Part shown: in pieces, positions 1 to 12,800 of the stretch | Position numbering within the stretch: position 1 is the first letter of the stretch | Layout: each line of letters starts with the position of its first letter | Origin: Takakia lepidozioides | Lineage: Eukaryota; Plantae; Bryophyta | Direction: 5' to 3' | Assembly (NCBI GenBank): GCA_030704615.1 | Contig: CM060734.1 | Coordinates: 46,190,001 to 46,254,000 of the forward strand | Length of the DNA stretch: 64,000 nt | Program-made: the position numbers and the translations under genes | The notes under the pieces: model-generated | Told to the model about the DNA's origin: nothing | Databases searched by the model: none | The model's input: only the letters and a program-made list of their open reading frames with translations

Positions 1-674
1 CTGCTGGATAAATCTGACTTAGAGGCTGTAGTGTCCTCAGCCATGTCTGTTGCCATGAGATTGTCTGATGAAAATGAAGTTAGGCAGAAAACTTCCCTGA
101 ACTTGTTTCCAGTCTGTGACATGGGGGAGGACATCTTGGATGACCTCAAGGGTCTACCCACTCTCGGCACTAGACTGAAATTTAAACTCAGGGCAGGAAG
201 CCTACCTTTGAACAGCAAACAGAAGCAGAGAGGAAAGGGAGAGTGCAATTGCCCGTTGTGTGGGCAATCTGAAGACAGTATTCATTTTCTGATACACTGT
301 CCGGGGTTCTCTCACCAAAGAGACGCTCTCTTCAAATCTATTAAGGGTATTGTGCCTGTACCCCTGTTTACCAACTTTGAAAGTCTCGAGGCTGAACAAA
401 AGCCCAGGCCCTCCTGAGGCCTAGTTTTTGGGCAAATCACCTCGGGCGTAGAGGTCGGCACGTGTTCGACAGAGAGCATCCCCTACAGCAGATTGATGCT
501 TGTGTGGAGGGATTTCTAGAGGATATCTGGAAAACCCGGATTAATTCTATATATGGAGGTAAGTCTTACTACCAACGTCAGCCCCTGACAGAGGTAGGTT
601 CTGTCTCTTTTGTTCCCGCTCAAACTGGGCGCGGGGTCAATGGCCACAAGGCTACGGCAAACAACGTCTTATGA
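1..674 (+). mobile_element. 3' remnant of a non-LTR retrotransposon (LINE) ORF2, C-terminal zinc-binding region
   Basis: ORF 31-417 contains KLRAGSLPL...CPLCGQSEDSIHFLIHCP, a CCHC-type motif typical of LINE ORF2 C-termini. It continues after a stop/frameshift into FLEDIWKTR (462-674). Confidence 0.6.
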
Positions 675-2299
675 GTACAATCTTTACGTGGGTGGGATAG
701 AAGGTCTGAGCTGGCGGCGGCCACTCTTCAAGCCAGACTGACGTCCTCGATCAGTTATCTGCTAACCAAAACAGCATTGAAGTTTGTTTGAGCAGGTTGT
801 GGCCTGTTGTTTCAAGCGATACTTGTAGAACTCTGGGGGCTCTTAGCTGCCTGCTTGTGGTTTTCACAAACACGTTGAAGATCACCACACTAAAGACAAA
901 AGCCCACAAAGGGGGTCATTTGGATTGATTGGTGGTCAAATCAAGCAGAGCTAGCTACCACAAGACAAAGGGATGGTGGATGGATATTAGAGGAATGCTC
1001 TAGTTGGTCCAACAGTTCATTAAAGTTTCAAGACAGGTGGTGCAATGCTGGTGGGATGGTAGATTATGGTCGGACAAGCTTCCATGTGTTCTCAAATATT
1101 TTCTTAAGTTGGAATGTTTTGTTTGTGCACCACGCAGAGCAAGATCCCAGACTTGCAGAAATACTACTCGTCAACAAAGGCTGCAGCAATCACAAGTGGG
1201 CAAATTTCTTATGCTCCCGCAGTCCTTGCACATATCAAGCAATATTCATAGAATTGCCTGGGCAGGAGTTCATCTCAGATCCTTCCCACTTGCGGGACTA
1301 CAGGTCTGACAAGGTAAGGGTATCTTCAGAGGTGGTGGAAGGACTTGCAACTGAAGCTCACATGCTTTGTCATTTTGTCAGATTGCATTGCAGTCATTGT
1401 TAGTAACAGCATGCCTAAAACTAAAGATGATGATGTGGACTGGATGTACTCCAATGTACTGGCTTGAGAATGAGTTTGCTCCTTGTCTTGAAAAAAACAA
1501 CAATAGTGAATCCCCATTGCTGTGAGTAGATTGTTCTTCCTTGTGAGCAGGGCAGGAAATTGGTTGGTCAAGGTTGGTCCTTGTCATTTGATCACAGAAA
1601 AGTTCCAAGAGCACCAGACTTCAGACATAACTGCGACAAGGAGGTCCATTGGGATGGACAGTTGGTCAAACCCTCCTTGGGAAATGAAATGAAATGGTGT
1701 TGTATAACGTCCGCAGAAAGTTCATAGAGCTTACGGGACAAAATGGAAGAAAACATGAGAAAGTAGGGCTAATAAAGACCAATCACAATCTGGTGGTCCT
1801 TCTACTGGCCAAGGTCGCCATCGAGCTCAAGACCAAGAATACAACAGGTGATGCTCTGATAGTACACGGGTGTTAATTCAAATATATGTAGCTCTCACAG
1901 CTTAATTCCAATGTAGATAACTGCAGCAATTTTTGTAACCCTTTCCAGATATAGTACAACGCCTTTCCTCATGAAGAGATCTTTCTTTGAAGTATACGAG
2001 CTTTGATATATCATGAGAGTGAATGTGAATGTCGGTACCTTAGAGTTTTGCATCAATCAGGATGCCAGTGTTGAACCAGACAGACATGTTTGTTGACACA
2101 TCAGACTGGGTGGATGAGTAGTACGTTTTCTGGAATTCCATCATCGGAGCTTTGAGTGGGGGACGGCCATAGTCTCACCAGCTCTAGTTCCTTCGATTCT
2201 TTCGAATGCATGCTTGATTCTCTCTAGTAGTGGCCTCTTAGGGAAAATTGCTTTGGTCAATGTCTGCACTCCAAACTCGGGGGAACGAACGAGTTGTGC

Positions 2300-3570
2300 T
2301 CTAGGACCTGCATTGGATTCTAGGGGGAGACCTAAACATGGTTGAGGTGGCGGTAGATCGTTTTGGATCCAATAGTGATATCTCTGATCTCGAAAGAAAC
2401 GCCTGGGATTTCCTATGCATGTCGGTTGGCTTGCTAGATGCCTCTCCCCCACAACCTGGTGAGCTGCAATTCACCTGGTCTAATAATAGGGACCCACCCG
2501 ACCTTTGTTTAGCACGACTTGATAGCTTTTATTGTTCTGCTGCCTTGTTAAATTGGTCCAAAACAAGTTCCATCAAGTCCTATCTTGCCAGATTTTGAGC
2601 ATGCCACAGTTGAAATTTCCTTCCACACCCCTGGGGCCTGGCCCAGGTGAAGGGGTTACTTTGAACTGCACCCGTCTATCTTGAAGGATCCTGCAGTAAT
2701 CCAAACTTTGAAAGAAGCCTGGACTACTGCGGGAACCATTTCTCCTCACTTGCTACTCGTCTTTGCCTGGCTTTAATGAGGAAGTATTTTGTCATTTTTT
2801 CTCCCCCTAAGGACCAGTTAACTCCGACTTTAATTCTGGAGTGCTGTTACTTGGAGTGCAGAAGAATTGACAAGTTTCTTTGGGCTGCTTTGTAAGATAG
2901 CATAGTTTGTGGCCCCTCTCTAGCCAATTGTAATTGATATTGACATACTTCGAGACATTTAGTCAGAGCCTTCTCCTTCCTAGCAGACTCCTCTGCTTTA
3001 TTCCTGGATCACTCCTAACAAAGTTTCCAGAGAAAGATTGGTCGTCCCCTGCTTGACAATTTGGGTGCCTCATTCTCCGACCCTAGAATCATCTCTAACA
3101 TGGCCGCGGACCACTTCAAAGAGCTTTTTGGAAGGTGAGGGCCTTCTCCTCAAAACGACGAGGCCAGAAGAATCCTCATTCAAAACATACCTTCCTCCTT
3201 ATCTGCCTCTGACCAAGTTAATACTCCCAAAACCATCAGAAATGATCAAACAGGCTTCATGAAGATTGCCTGATTTTGGACAACATTCTCTTGGCTTACA
3301 AGGCTCTCCACAGAGCCACCCAAAATAATTTTAATACATGATTTTGAGAAAACTTTTGACTCAATTTACTGGGAATTTCTGTTAAAGGCTTTACCAAAAT
3401 CCAGTTTCCTGAGCCCTTTCTCTCTTGGATTAAGATCCCTTTGTCATCTCCCTTGAGTAAGGTAATGGTGAACGTTACTATCTCCCAATTTTTGGATAAG
3501 TCTGACAAGGATGCCTGTTGGCTCCCTTCCTCATTCTCAAAGCTTGGGACACTTATTGACATTTGCAGAT
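2300..3570 (+). mobile_element. Highly degraded L1-like LINE (endonuclease and RT fragments)
   Basis: QFTWSNNRDPPDLCLARLDSFY (ORF 2338-2598) matches the APE endonuclease FTW...RLDRF motif. DQTGF..., ILDNILLA and DFEKTFDSIYWEFL at ~3244-3385 match L1 RT motifs. Many stops and frameshifts. Confidence 0.7.
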
Positions 3571-4675
3571 TAAGGGTCAGGTGCAAACTGACAGATCACT
3601 GACATTCCATATTAGGGTGATTGACGGTAAGGCCAAAGCAAACCCAGTAACCCTGCAAGCCCAAGAACGGTGGTGGGTCTTGAATGGACTTGGATGAACC
3701 GTGAATGCTCCCCGTTCCTTGCTTAGAGCATGGCCAGCAGCGGCCATTTCAGACGCGCCAACTCCATTCTGCCGTGGCCGGCGGTTTCGGGGCTCTCCCC
3801 GCGTCCCCAGCAGCACCACCCCACTCCTGATAGTGCCGGCCATCTCGCAAATCCGCACTTCAAACACGGCATCTAGAATTCTGTTGCCGTCCCCCAAACC
3901 CCCCCCCACGGCAACGTCTTATCCGGGCATTCTCGCCCACATGTGTTGACAGGTGGCACGGTAGGTGGCAGGGCCCACAAGTCAACGTAACCATCTCAGC
4001 CGGGCGCGCATCTCAGCCGTGCACCGGGGAGGGGGGTTTTGCCGTGGGAGGCTGCCATGCTGTTGGCCTTCACACCAGCTACCACACTACTATATGGGCT
4101 CCGGGCCAAAAATGGGCTAGTATAATGCGGTTGGCGCGTCTGTTTACCGTGCCACTGCTGGTCATGCTCTTACTCTATCAAGCCGGGCTACTCAACTCAT
4201 GTGCCTCCCTCAATCATGCCCAGCCTTATTTCGTAATCTAGGATTAGCCTCAAGGGAGGCCTTGTCCCTACAAGACAGGGCACATTAATGTGCCATTAAT
4301 GGGATTCTGCCATTAATGCCAAGAGCCAGCCCTTTCCTGGGCATGCATGCATGCCCTACCGTGCTTTATGAGCCCCCCCCCATGCTCCATGCTCCACCGC
4401 ATATTTGTTATCCATGGATGAATTTAGAGGAATGAATTTGGATGGATGAGGTTAGGGTCTTTTAGGGCGGCGGTTGCTTTAGGGTTTTGTTTGTTTGGAG
4501 GGCGGTGGATGGGTTAGTGAGTTCTTTGCAAACTAGGTGAGTTCCTTGGATTATGTTTGCATTGTGAATGTATTATATGTAAGTTGGCAAAGTTCTTCCA
4601 AACATATTAAGCTATATCATTCAAGTGGTATACTAGGGAAACCTCGACCACGCTTTCCTCCAGACATATTAACAA

Positions 4676-5144
4676 TGTCGGGCGCCTAAGCATCGTGCCA
4701 CAATAAGTGATACAGAAATGGTGAAAAGAGGTGAACCCACTCTATCACGTTATATAAGTCAAGCCAATGGCACATTTGCTAAAGGACTCCACCAGACAGA
4801 CCTCACCCACGTTCCATCTCAAGTACTAGAGCTATGGCGGCGAGAGAGACCTCGGAAGGCTCGACTAGAAGAAGACTAGTCTTCTTGCACATCACGTGGA
4901 GATAAGCCTCTCCACATCCCAAGTAAGGTTCGTCATCTCACTTGGCACCTGGAACCAAATGAAATCCCAATGCCAACAAAAATACAAATATAAATGTATA
5001 AAATCCTAATTAGCTAGCAATAACTATTTCTAATTAATCACAAATAAAACCATGACAGCTGTCGTGCACTTAAGCATCGTGCCACAAAATACATCGTTGT
5101 CCAACCACACTTCCTAGCATATAGTCATAGAAAACTATGCCACG
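4676..5144 (-). repeat. 3' LTR of copy 1, with an internal direct repeat
   Basis: Follows the PPT and ends ...GACA at 4676 on the minus strand. A 28-bp segment recurs at 5060-5087 and 4676-4703. Shares blocks with 37705-38375 (e.g. TTGGACA.CGATGTA...GCACGACA, TTGGCTTGACTT.TAT). Confidence 0.65.
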
Positions 5145-6521
5145 ATCCCCCCCCAGCTAGTGATTAGATCCCTCTAACACCAGATAGCTAGCAAGTATCT
5201 TCCCCAATAAGATCATCGCTTAGTCTTCAATCGCACAAGTCCCAGTGTCTGAAGTTGATAGATCAAGAGGTCGGGTGCAAAAGTAATCCCATCGTTAGTC
5301 GCATTCCTGCAATCTAGGATCTTCAGTCGAGTATCCATGGCGTTGAAGCCCTACCAGCTAGACCTTGGATTACTTGTCCACCTCACAATTGTTATACCCA
5401 CTACCTCTATCCAATGCACCGTGGGCAAAACCATTCTCCGATAGGAACCTCCTCAAGTGGCGGTGTCAAGCATCTCATATGTCACCCCCTTGGGCATTTG
5501 TTACACACCAGCATGGTTGCGGCACCACCAGCATGCCCATATAGCATGCAACGCAACCCTGCAAGTACCACTGCAAGGTTGGAATCTATCTTCTCATCCA
5601 CGTGTGGAAGGTGACATGCAGGCGCACAATTGCGCACATGGTCATTTCATACCATGTCATCTCGACCCTCCAAAATCAACACTCCAGAAGGCAACACCTC
5701 CCTGACTCTTAGAATCACACGTCTTGCTGTGACATCCAAGGTCGTAGGCACTGTCTGCTGCAAATACGCATAGTCCCCATGGTGGAAACGCCGAACACCT
5801 GGCCGATATCCCCCTCCACGTATAGTGCTGTACCTCAATGTGTCTTGGTGTTGGGCAATAGCAAGGTTCTCACATAGGCATGACTCTCCTGAACAACTCT
5901 ACCCGCTGGGCACATGCTTGTGTCCACACATCCGGATCATTTAGATTGAGGACTACCGCAGCCTCCTTGCAAATAGATGTAGACAAATCTGGCTCTCGGC
6001 CGAAGAGAAGGAAATAAGGTGAGAATGAGGCAAGTGATGTTTGTTTGTTGAACCTATAGCCCATAGCCGACCAAGGTAACTGAACGTCTCAATCTCCCAG
6101 GTGTCCCTTTTGCAAACCGTACTTGCGCAAACCCTTCTTGACTGTTTGAACAACTCTCTCCGCCAAACCATTAACCTCGGGATGATCCCGAGAAATAGTG
6201 CGGTGATCTATCAAGGATTGCTCACACAAAGTTTGAAACTCCCCCAAGAACTCTCTCCCTTCGTCCGTGAGTACCTTGGCTGGAGCACCAAATCGACTAA
6301 GTACTCGATGTAAGAATGCATACGCAACCCCCTCATTTGGTTTGTCAAGCAATGTCACCTGCTCAATCCATTTGGAAAAGTATTCCACCATCACTAGCAT
6401 ATACTTATTATGGCGAATCATTAGTGGGCCTGCGAAGTTAAGACTCCAACAATAGCCCAAACCCATAATAGGTAAATGATGCAATTGTGGGCAGTTAAAA
6501 AGAAGCCCGCACTCTATCACA

Positions 6522-7384
6522 AGTTGATAAAGAACGTCCGCAGGAGATGCAAATGAAATGGTGCTTGAGATGAAGGACGAGAATCAGACCGTCAGAAGAA
6601 GATAGCACACAACCCACCATAACTACACTACAAACAACATCAGTTGCAATACTGTAAGATCATTGCAACGCCTTTCAATCTCACAGGGAAGGCTTTGAAG
6701 ATCGAAGACACGAGCGGGGAATCCATATGCAACACCAGGGCTTTCAATGGAATCGGAGGCGGGAAATGAAATCCAACTTTTCTCTTCCAGACGTGACGTC
6801 ATTATTTTGGGTGATATCTAGAAGACTTTACTCAAATTCTTTATTCTGCCATTCATTTGAACCCTCAAGCTCGTATATTTTGTGAATCTGGTTCCTGATT
6901 GTCAACAAATTTCTAGGACCAGCATAGTTGTGTAATCAACCCTTGATCTGCGTCCCTAGCGACGTTGGAGTTTGATTGAGGGACTATGCCACTTCTGAGA
7001 TCATTGGGTCTCCCATCTTTGACACCCGAGGTGTTGGCATTCTTTGCTTCCAAAGACATCATCTCAGGTCCGCACAAACTATCACTTGGAAACAGCCATA
7101 GTGTTGAAAACTCCCTTCGCATCCTCGATGCACCCACATTTTGCATACATGTCCACCAACGTATTGTTCAGAATGACATTTGGTAGAATTTCAGCTCTGA
7201 AGATGTCGCCATGGATCTCTTTCCCCTTTTCCAGAGCTGCCAGGGCAGTGTTCATAATAACATTTGGTACAATTCCAGCTTTGATGATACCCCATGCACC
7301 TCGTTGCCCTTGTCATGCACCCACAATTTGGGTCTGATGTCCACCAAGGTATGGTTCAGAATGACATTTGATACACTTCCAGCT
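6522..7384 (-). pseudogene. Foreign insert containing PPR gene fragments, inside the copy-1 integrase
   Basis: Minus strand reads ALEKGKEIHGDIFRAEILPNVILNNTLVDMYAKCGCIEDAKGVFNTM (PLS-PPR). The flanks rejoin exactly as integrase CMV|CDRVR. Confidence 0.72.
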
Positions 7385-8469
7385 CACCATACACTTTGCC
7401 ACTAACTGCTGCACATCCGTGTGTATGCCCCGCCACCAGTATTGTCCTTGCAGCAAACTATGAGTGCGTCGCACCCCAAAATATCCCAACTCCTCATGGG
7501 CATGGCGTACCAATCGCGCTCGTTGTGTTGGATGAGGCACAATCCTCACTTGTCCATCCTCCCATACTCGGAGTAGGTGAGTCCTCTCCCACTTGAACCT
7601 CTTGGCTCATTATAGGATCCGATCTCTCTCCTTAGCAATCACACTGGCTGCTGTCTCTCCGGTACGAAGGTAGGCCAACACTGCTGCATATTCATGCACA
7701 TCCTTAACACCACCAAGCTCTTCACTGATCTCTGGATTGTCATGCACACTATCTACATGACCAATCGCATGGGATGGACCAGCTTGAGATCCCATTGCTA
7801 GAATGCACAAAAAGGAAGATGCATATCATCCTGGCACCATCTCCTTATCTGTCTCACCACATGTCACCGAGCTCCAGTATCATCGTGTCTGCTTGTGCAT
7901 GGATTACAACTCAACCCATCCGCATCCCGATTGACGATACCGACTCGATGCACCACATGGAAGTCGTATTCTTGAAGCATAAGTGCCCACCGTGCAAGCT
8001 TCCCTGTAAGCTTGTCTGACTCCATCAACCACTTCCATGGTTGGTGATCTGTGATAAGGGTGAGGAGGTTGTCATAGAAGTAGTATCTGAAATGTGTCAC
8101 TACCTATAATGCAGCTAGACACTCCATTTCATATGAATAATACTTCGCTTCGGCATCATTGTTCGAGCGGCTAGCATATACCACAACAAACTCTATTCTT
8201 TCATCATCCACCTATGTGATCACTTGTCCAATCCCCAGCATACTCCAATCCATATGTAGCTGCCCCCAAATAGGCCGCCTCAAAATAGGTGCAGAAATCA
8301 ATCGAGCCTTGAGTTCTTCAAAGGCTTCCTCCTGCTCCTCCTCCCACTGCCACTCCTGATCCACCTTGGTCAACTTGGTAAGAGCCTTTGCAATACTGCT
8401 AAATCATTGACAAACCATCGATAGTAGTTTGTCAACTCCATGAAAACCCGAACTCTGATACGAGTTAGT

Positions 8470-10020
8470 TGTAGCACTTGTGGTTTTTGCTTGAGAATGA
8501 GAGAAACCAAGTTGTTATGCAAGGAGCACCGTGGAGCTCTTGGTTGTTAGAAGCGGAGGCGATGTGGGTTATGAGGTGGTAGACCTTGGCATTCAATCTT
8601 CAGCTTCAGAGATGAAAGCACCATGTTGTAGGGTTGGAACAGGAGCTAAGAGGTGCGGCAAGGCCATGGAATGTGCACCTAGGATTTCAGAGCTTGAAAG
8701 AAGAGCTTTTGCACCACAAGAGGAGTGTCTTGTGGCTGGAAATGTAAGCCTTAGGGTTTCAGGAGCTTGGCAAGGGCTGTGGAGTGCTTAGTCTTGTCTT
8801 AGAGAGCATCAAGGAGCTAAGGAGCCAAGATAGGGGGCTGATACCTCTTGTGTGAAAAGGTTGCATGTGTGGAGCATGTATTCAGCTCATTGAAGCTTCC
8901 ATCTTCAAGCTTGGAAGGCAAGCAAGAAAGGAAAGAAGGGGTTGGTTTCCCTGTAGGGCATGTGTGGAGCATGCTTCCAGCCCGCTGAAACGTGTATTTT
9001 CAGGTTGGTGGGTGCAAGAAAGAAAGCAAAGGGGCTGATTCTCTGGTGGTGAGAGTGGGGCATGTGTGGAGCATGCCTTCAGTCCGTTGGGCTTTTGTTT
9101 TCAAGCTTTAGAGAACTAGAAAGAAGGTAAGGGGCTAATCTGCTCTTATGTGATAGTCCGACACTTGTAGAGCGTGTTCTGAGTTGGGGTTTCAACCTCA
9201 AGCCTAGATAGAGCATGGCTCTTGAAGTGGCAGGTGTAGGGGGCTGGAATAGGCTCTAAGACAGATGCTATGGCCAAGGGAAACGCTTGAATGAGTGCTC
9301 ACAAGGGCTGGAAACCAGCAAGGCTTGGTTGTTTGCCATTGAGTTTAATGGCGTGTTTGGGGAATCTAAGTGAGAAAGAAGGCTTGGTTTGTGGCAACCA
9401 TCTTCCTCATGGCGTAGGGCTATTATTGGTGGTGTGTGGGAGTTGAAAGAGCAAGAATACCTTGCTGATTTCTTCACAGCCACCATAGCTCGGTGCAAAG
9501 AAGCCTAGAGTCCAAGAGACACAAACCCTAGTTTGGCGTGGCTAAACCCCTTGGAGAAATGGCTAAACTGTCATGAGTGGCCTCTGGGGCTGTGACAGGC
9601 TGTGATGGGCTGTGAAAGGCTGTGGTGGGCTGTGACAGGCTGTGCCCTGTGGCCTGTGGGGCTGTGATGGGTTGTGATGGGCTGTGACAGGCTGTGCCAT
9701 GTGGCCTGTGGGGCTGTGACGGGCTGTGGCGGGCTGTGTCAGGCTGTGCCCAGGGGCCTGTGGGGTTGTGACGGGCTGTGAGGGGCTGTGACAGGCTGTG
9801 GCGGGCTGTGACAGGTTGTGCCCTGTGGCCTGTGGGGCTATGAGGGGCTGTGATAGGCTGCCATGTGGCCTGTGGGGCTGTGACGGGCTGTGACAGGCTG
9901 TGGCGAGCTGTGACGGGCTGTGAGGGGCTTGACAGGCTGTGTCCTGTGCCCTGTGGGGCTGTGACGGGCTATGAGGGGCTGTGACAGGCTGTGGCGAGCT
10001 GTGACAGGCTGTGAGGGGTT
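8470..10020 (-). repeat. Partial LTR (3' part) of the chromodomain Gypsy element
   Basis: Lies immediately downstream of the pol stop, ends ...GTGCTACA (8470) on the minus strand and is followed by a degenerate tRNA-Met PBS-like CGTATCAGAG (8453-8462). Confidence 0.55.
9586..10020. repeat. GGCTGTG-core minisatellite, ~10-bp units with higher-order structure
   Basis: Dozens of GGCTGTG(AC/AG/GC/CC) units are directly visible. The same array recurs at 29091-29525. Confidence 0.95.
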
Positions 10021-10033
10021 GTTGATGTCCCCA

Positions 10034-12800
10034 TCAACGCTTCTTTCGCTTTTGAGGTCGCCCTTCGAAAACAGCAACCGCCTCGGATGCGTTTCCCATT
10101 TCTGAGGCACGCACCCAAGATGCCTCCACATGATGATAGCCCTTCCATTTGACGAGGTACTCCGTTTCTCGGTTCTTGAACCTCCTTGACTTAAGTACTG
10201 CCTCCACCTCGTACTCAGGTTCATTTTCATGATCCAACAGCACAGGTGGCGGACGCAACACTTGATGCCGATTCGGACACGCTTCATCTTTGAAGTAAGG
10301 CTTCAAAAGGGAGACGTGGAATACTGGATGCACCTTGCTGTTTGCCGGAAACTCCAATTCATATACATCCTCATTCATAACCTTCCAGATACGAAAGGGT
10401 CCCGCATACGGAGGTACGAACTTTGGACTCACTTCCGGAGGTAGTCGGAAATTCTTGATGTTCAACCAGACCTCCGTGCCTGCCTCAAACTTCACTTCCC
10501 TCCGCTTCCGATTCGCCTGCCTTTCATACCGTTTCCTAGTTTTGGCAATGTTGTACTTTGCGAGCTTCAACAAACGCTCGCGTTCTTCGAGTACCGCCGC
10601 TACTGCCGGTTCCTCAACGTCCTGGGCGGCCCAACTTGTCGGCACCAGAGGTGCTTTTCCATAGACCAATACGAAAGGGGAAACTCCCGTTGCGGAGTGT
10701 TCTGTGTTATTATAACAGAACTCTGCCGCGTCTAAGTGTTCCACCCAGTCTGTTTGGTCTGCCGACACGTAATTCCGCAAGATCTGCTTCACTACGGAAT
10801 TCACTCTTTCCGTTTGGCCGTCGGTCGTAGGTCGGAAGGCGGTGCTCATTTACAGCCTCATCCCCATCTTCTTCCAAAGTGCCCTCCAAAATTTACTCGT
10901 AAACTTTGGATCGCGGTCCGAGACAATATCCTTCGGGACTCCATAATGCTTTAAGACGTGGGCGAAGTAAAGTCGCCCTGTTTCCTGCGCTGTTGTCGTC
11001 TCCTTGGTAGGGATGAAATGGCCCATTTTACTGAACCTATCCACCACCACCATGATTGCATCGAATCCTTTTGACAGCGGCATAGTAGTCATGAAATCCA
11101 TCGAGACGTTTTCCCAAATCCCCTCTGGAATCGGCAAGGGTTGTAACAGCCCCGCTTGCTTTTTGTACTCGCTCCGGTTTTGTTGGCATGTGGTGCATGT
11201 CTTGACATACTCCTCTGCCTCCTCCCTCAGTTTGGGCCAGAAATACTCTTTCTTCAAGAGTGCCGCAGTGCGCTTGGCTCCGTCGTGGCCCGCAAGCGGG
11301 CTATCATGGCATTCTCTCAAGAGGCTATCTCTGATCCCTCCCTTCGGCACGTAGAGACGCTTTTGCTTATATCGGAGCAGTCCATTTTGCAAGTGGAACT
11401 GCGATTTAATCCCCATCCTCAAGTCCTCCATCACGGACTTCGCCAGCTCATCCTTCCGGCAAGCCTTCCGGATCTTCCTTTGGAGCGCCGTCTCGCCCCT
11501 GTACACCAACATAAGCTGCTGCTTTCTACTTAAAGCATCGGCCACCACGTTGTCACGTCCCGGTTTGTACTGGATATCCACGTCGAACACCGCTAAAGTA
11601 TCTTGCCACCTAAGTTGTTGTTGGGACAACTTGGGCTACGTGGCAAAATACTTCACCGTGACATTGTCCGTGAACACCTTCACTGGGTTGGAACCAACAT
11701 AGTGGCGCCAAAGCTCAAGACAGTGCACCACCGCCTTCATCTCTTTTTCGTGCGTCGGCCACCGTCGCTCCACTTCATTCAGTTTCTTACTTTCGTAAGC
11801 CACTGGACGTCCATCTTGCATCAGTACACCCCCAATCGCGAAGTCCGACGCATCTGTATGAATCTCGAACGGAAGATCGAACTCCGGGATTTTCAAGACT
11901 GGAGCTTCCGCCATCCGCTACTTCAATTCAGCAAAAGCTTGGCCATAAAAGGTGTTCCATGCCCAGACTTTGGATTTACACAGAAGGTCTGACAGCGGCC
12001 CCACGATCTTGGCGAAATTTCTCACATACTTCCGGTAATAGGAGGCAAGTCCTAGGAAGGATCGCACTCTCGGGACCGAAGTCGGAGGCTCCCAGTCCAA
12101 GATTGCCCTCACTTTCCTGTCATCCATTCTGATCCCATCCTGTGTAATCACATGCCCCAGGAACTCCACTTTTGTGACCCCGAATTCGCACTTTGAAGCT
12201 TTGGCATACAGCTTCCCTTCCCGCAATTTCTGGAACACCCTTTTGAGGTGCTCTAGGTGCTCCTCTTTTGTTTTCGAATACACCAAGATGTCGTCGATGT
12301 ACACAATCACAAAGTCATCCAACCACTCCTAGAAAAGGCTGTTCATCAGCGTGCTAAAGGTCGCGAGAGCGTTGGTGAGTCCAAAAGGCATCACCAAGAA
12401 CTCATATGAACCATACATTGTCCTACACGCGGTCTTCTCCTCATCTCCTTCCGCCACTCGAATTTGATGATAGCCGGAGCGCAGATCGATCTGGCTGAAA
12501 TACTTTGCTCCTGCCAACCGATCGAAAAGGTCGTCGATCCTTGGCAAAGGGTACCGGTTTTTTATAGTCACCTTATTCAAAGCCCTATAATCGACACACA
12601 TCCGCAGCGTCCCATCCTTCTTGTCTGCGAATAGCACCGGGGCTCCGTAAGGTGACTTACTCGGCCGGATGTACCCCTTTGACATTAGATCTTTGAGTTG
12701 AGTCTTGAGCTCGACCAACTCTCTGTGGCTCAACCGGTAGGGCCCCTTGGCAGGCGGTTCCGATCCCGGTATCACCTCAATCTTGTGGTCAACTCCTCGC
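10034..12800 (-). mobile_element. Chromovirus-type Ty3/Gypsy pol (RT-RNaseH-INT-chromodomain), 5'-truncated, four in-frame stops
   Basis: [11 protein letters not shown] and VYIDDILVYS (RT); TDASDFAIG (RNase H); HDSPLAGH..CTTC, SMDF, SDRDPKF, DGQTERVN (integrase); EYEVEAVL..EYLVKWKGY..EASW (group-I chromodomain with aromatic cage). Confidence 0.93.

Larger units (their letters stand above)
4676..8455 (-). mobile_element. Copy 1 of the DNMT/PHD Ty3/Gypsy family, 5'-truncated: end of RT, RNase H, integrase, PHD finger, PPT, 3' LTR
   Basis: Minus-strand fragments TDHQPWKWLMESDKLTGKLARWAL (RNase H), HAHEELGYFG..CMVC, WSLNFAGP/LTDEGREF/GLAERVVQT (integrase) and CML.G..MLVCNKCPRG*HMRCLTPPLEEVPIGEWFCPRC (PHD, ~5415-5550) are colinear with 35360-37444. 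G-run PPT at 5147-5154. Confidence 0.88.

Noticed and set aside
960-2100. Possible decayed gene on the minus strand (Cys/His-containing fragments)
   Set aside because: Many stops and no motif I can assign with confidence.
9838-10287. Repeat-protein ORFs with PVTARHS units (also 29401-29616)
   Set aside because: These are translations of the GGCTGTG minisatellite.
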